A stretch of 63,167 bases of DNA, counting the filler, from Octopus bimaculoides (taxonomy: Eukaryota), in NCBI RefSeq assembly GCF_001194135.2. It is 5 parts of 3 records of this genome, joined end to end, with 100 filler letters (N's around TTAATTAATTAA, not from the genome) between each part and the next. Parts side by side here need not be neighbours in the genome. Positions count along the whole stretch, not along the records: positions 56,642 to 63,167 come from NC_068989.1; 4 more parts are not named here. One strand, 5' to 3'. The notes under the pieces are model-generated. The model made no database searches, had not been told where the DNA came from, and saw nothing but the letters and a program-made list of their open reading frames with translations. Made by a program: the position numbers and the translations under genes. Of this stretch, positions 62,195-63,167 are shown in pieces (positions within the stretch are counted from its first letter, which is position 1; each line of letters begins with the position of its first letter).

Positions 62195-63167
62195 TTTTTT
62201 TTTTTTTTGGTTTCCACTTACCTGGTGTCAAACACTCGCAGCTTCCTCGCCACAGACTTCCATCTTCTCATGAATCTGTCTCGTGACAGGTACCTCTTCT
62301 CCAGCCTGATCTTACTACTGAGATGGTAACTAAAAAAGTTAACCAGCCCCTGGCCGGATACAAAGGTACCCGTCACTATGTCTCTCACACGCGTTTCTTT
62401 CAGTATGGCTACTACGCAGTTAAAGCAAGCCTTCCTTTCCCTGTTACGGGAAAGAGGCGGCACAATCTCGATGATAGATTCAGTTGATAGCTGGACTCTT
62501 CCCATCGGTGACAACAGTTGCTCTGCGAAAACTATCAGTCCCGTTAATTCCGGACATACCACAAATGCGTGCAAGACGGTTTCCCTGTCCCGCCCGCACC
62601 TCGGACATGTCGGAGAAACGGCACTTCCGTGCCTTGACAGTTTCTCACGAACAGGTAACGCCGCACGGAAACACTGCCAAGCCAGGGATTTCTGGAAATT
62701 GTCCAGATACCCCAGCGAAAAATTTCTCCGGAACAGGCTGATCAACTGATTTTCATCGTAGCCTAAGGTCTCCCCCAAGGCGTCTTCGGACTTAAACTCC
62801 ACTAACTCGCTATAAAAATCCGCGGTAGAACTCCTATTGCCGGCATTGCCCGCCCGAGAGAGTAGCTGAAGTGCCTGGCGGCACTCCAGTTGCCAGTCGC
62901 CCCGCCTAGGTCTCTGCTTGATCCAATTACCAATGTCCGTTAAGGACGTTAATTGCGGAAGGTAGAACCGGACGTGCGGTGACCACACCTGCTCTCCATC
63001 CACGTAAAACCAGAGGTGCCTCAAACTTAACGCGAATTTTCGCATCCTCAGCCAAGGCATCCCTAACCCACCCTTTAGCGGTTTCTGGCAGCCGACGGAG
63101 CGCTTGATGAGTAGCTTTCCTCCCTTCCACAAAAAGCGGAAAAGGTTCTCTCCAACTTGTTCAGCCA
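62195..63167 (-). mobile_element. L1/Tx1-like LINE 3' end with poly(A), continuing beyond the window
   Basis: Poly(A) (plus-strand T run 62195-62208) begins 9 nt after the ORF2 stop. GC-rich relative to the flanks. Confidence 0.85.
62218..63132 (-). CDS. L1/Tx1-like ORF2 C-terminus with zf-RVT zinc finger (open 304 codons; probable frameshift just upstream)
   Basis: Reads LFRFLWKGG...GGLGMP...KFALSLRHLW...LAWQCFRAALPVREKLSRHGSAVSPTCPRCGRDRETVLHAFVVC. WLNKLER lies in a different frame from LFRFLWKG at about 63145. Confidence 0.85.
   Translation of the reverse strand: MWKGGKLLIKRSVGCQKPLKGGLGMPWLRMRKFALSLRHLWFYVDGEQVWSPHVRFYLPQLTSLTDIGNWIKQRPRRGDWQLECRQALQLLSRAGNAGNRSSTADFYSELVEFKSEDALGETLGYDENQLISLFRRNFSLGYLDNFQKSLAWQCFRAALPVREKLSRHGSAVSPTCPRCGRDRETVLHAFVVCPELTGLIVFAEQLLSPMGRVQLSTESIIEIVPPLSRNRERKACFNCVVAILKETRVRDIVTGTFVSGQGLVNFFSYHLSSKIRLEKRYLSRDRFMRRWKSVARKLRVFDTR

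Noticed and set aside
30472-62329. Long track ORFs spanning N runs (30.5-31.7, 38.4-39.1, 50.5-52.1 and 61.7-62.3 kb)
   Set aside because: They are open only because N codons cannot be stops.

Overview
AT-rich, microsatellite-dense eukaryotic DNA from a gapped short-read scaffold, almost certainly a coleoid cephalopod (Octopus-like). That assignment rests on my recall of the octopus tRNA-derived SINE families; no database search was run. No complete host gene is visible. The window is a nested mobile-element graveyard. It holds three decayed mariner transposase copies, a mariner MITE, a deleted Tc1/maT-like element, RTE LINE fragments and several restriction-like-endonuclease (R4/Dong-, HERO-like) retrotransposon fragments. 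It also holds a young L1/Tx1-like 3' end, a Penelope-like RT fragment, candidate solo LTRs, a Helentron-associated HINE-like element and at least four SINE-like families. The most interesting signal is invisible to the ORF track: about nine hammerhead-ribozyme-like motifs (CUGANGA...GAAA...UH) from at least six sequence families. One (61029-61101) has a canonical core. Two families sit in tail-out inverted repeats, and one sits in a tRNA-head/(TAA)n/hammerhead/Penelope-RT composite. Also notable are a head-to-head 16-bp minisatellite bracketed by inverted SINEs and a CpG-decayed 21-33 kb block that may be a methylated gene body with candidate terminal exons near 32.7-33.1 kb. Most ORFs in the track are microsatellite or N-gap artefacts.
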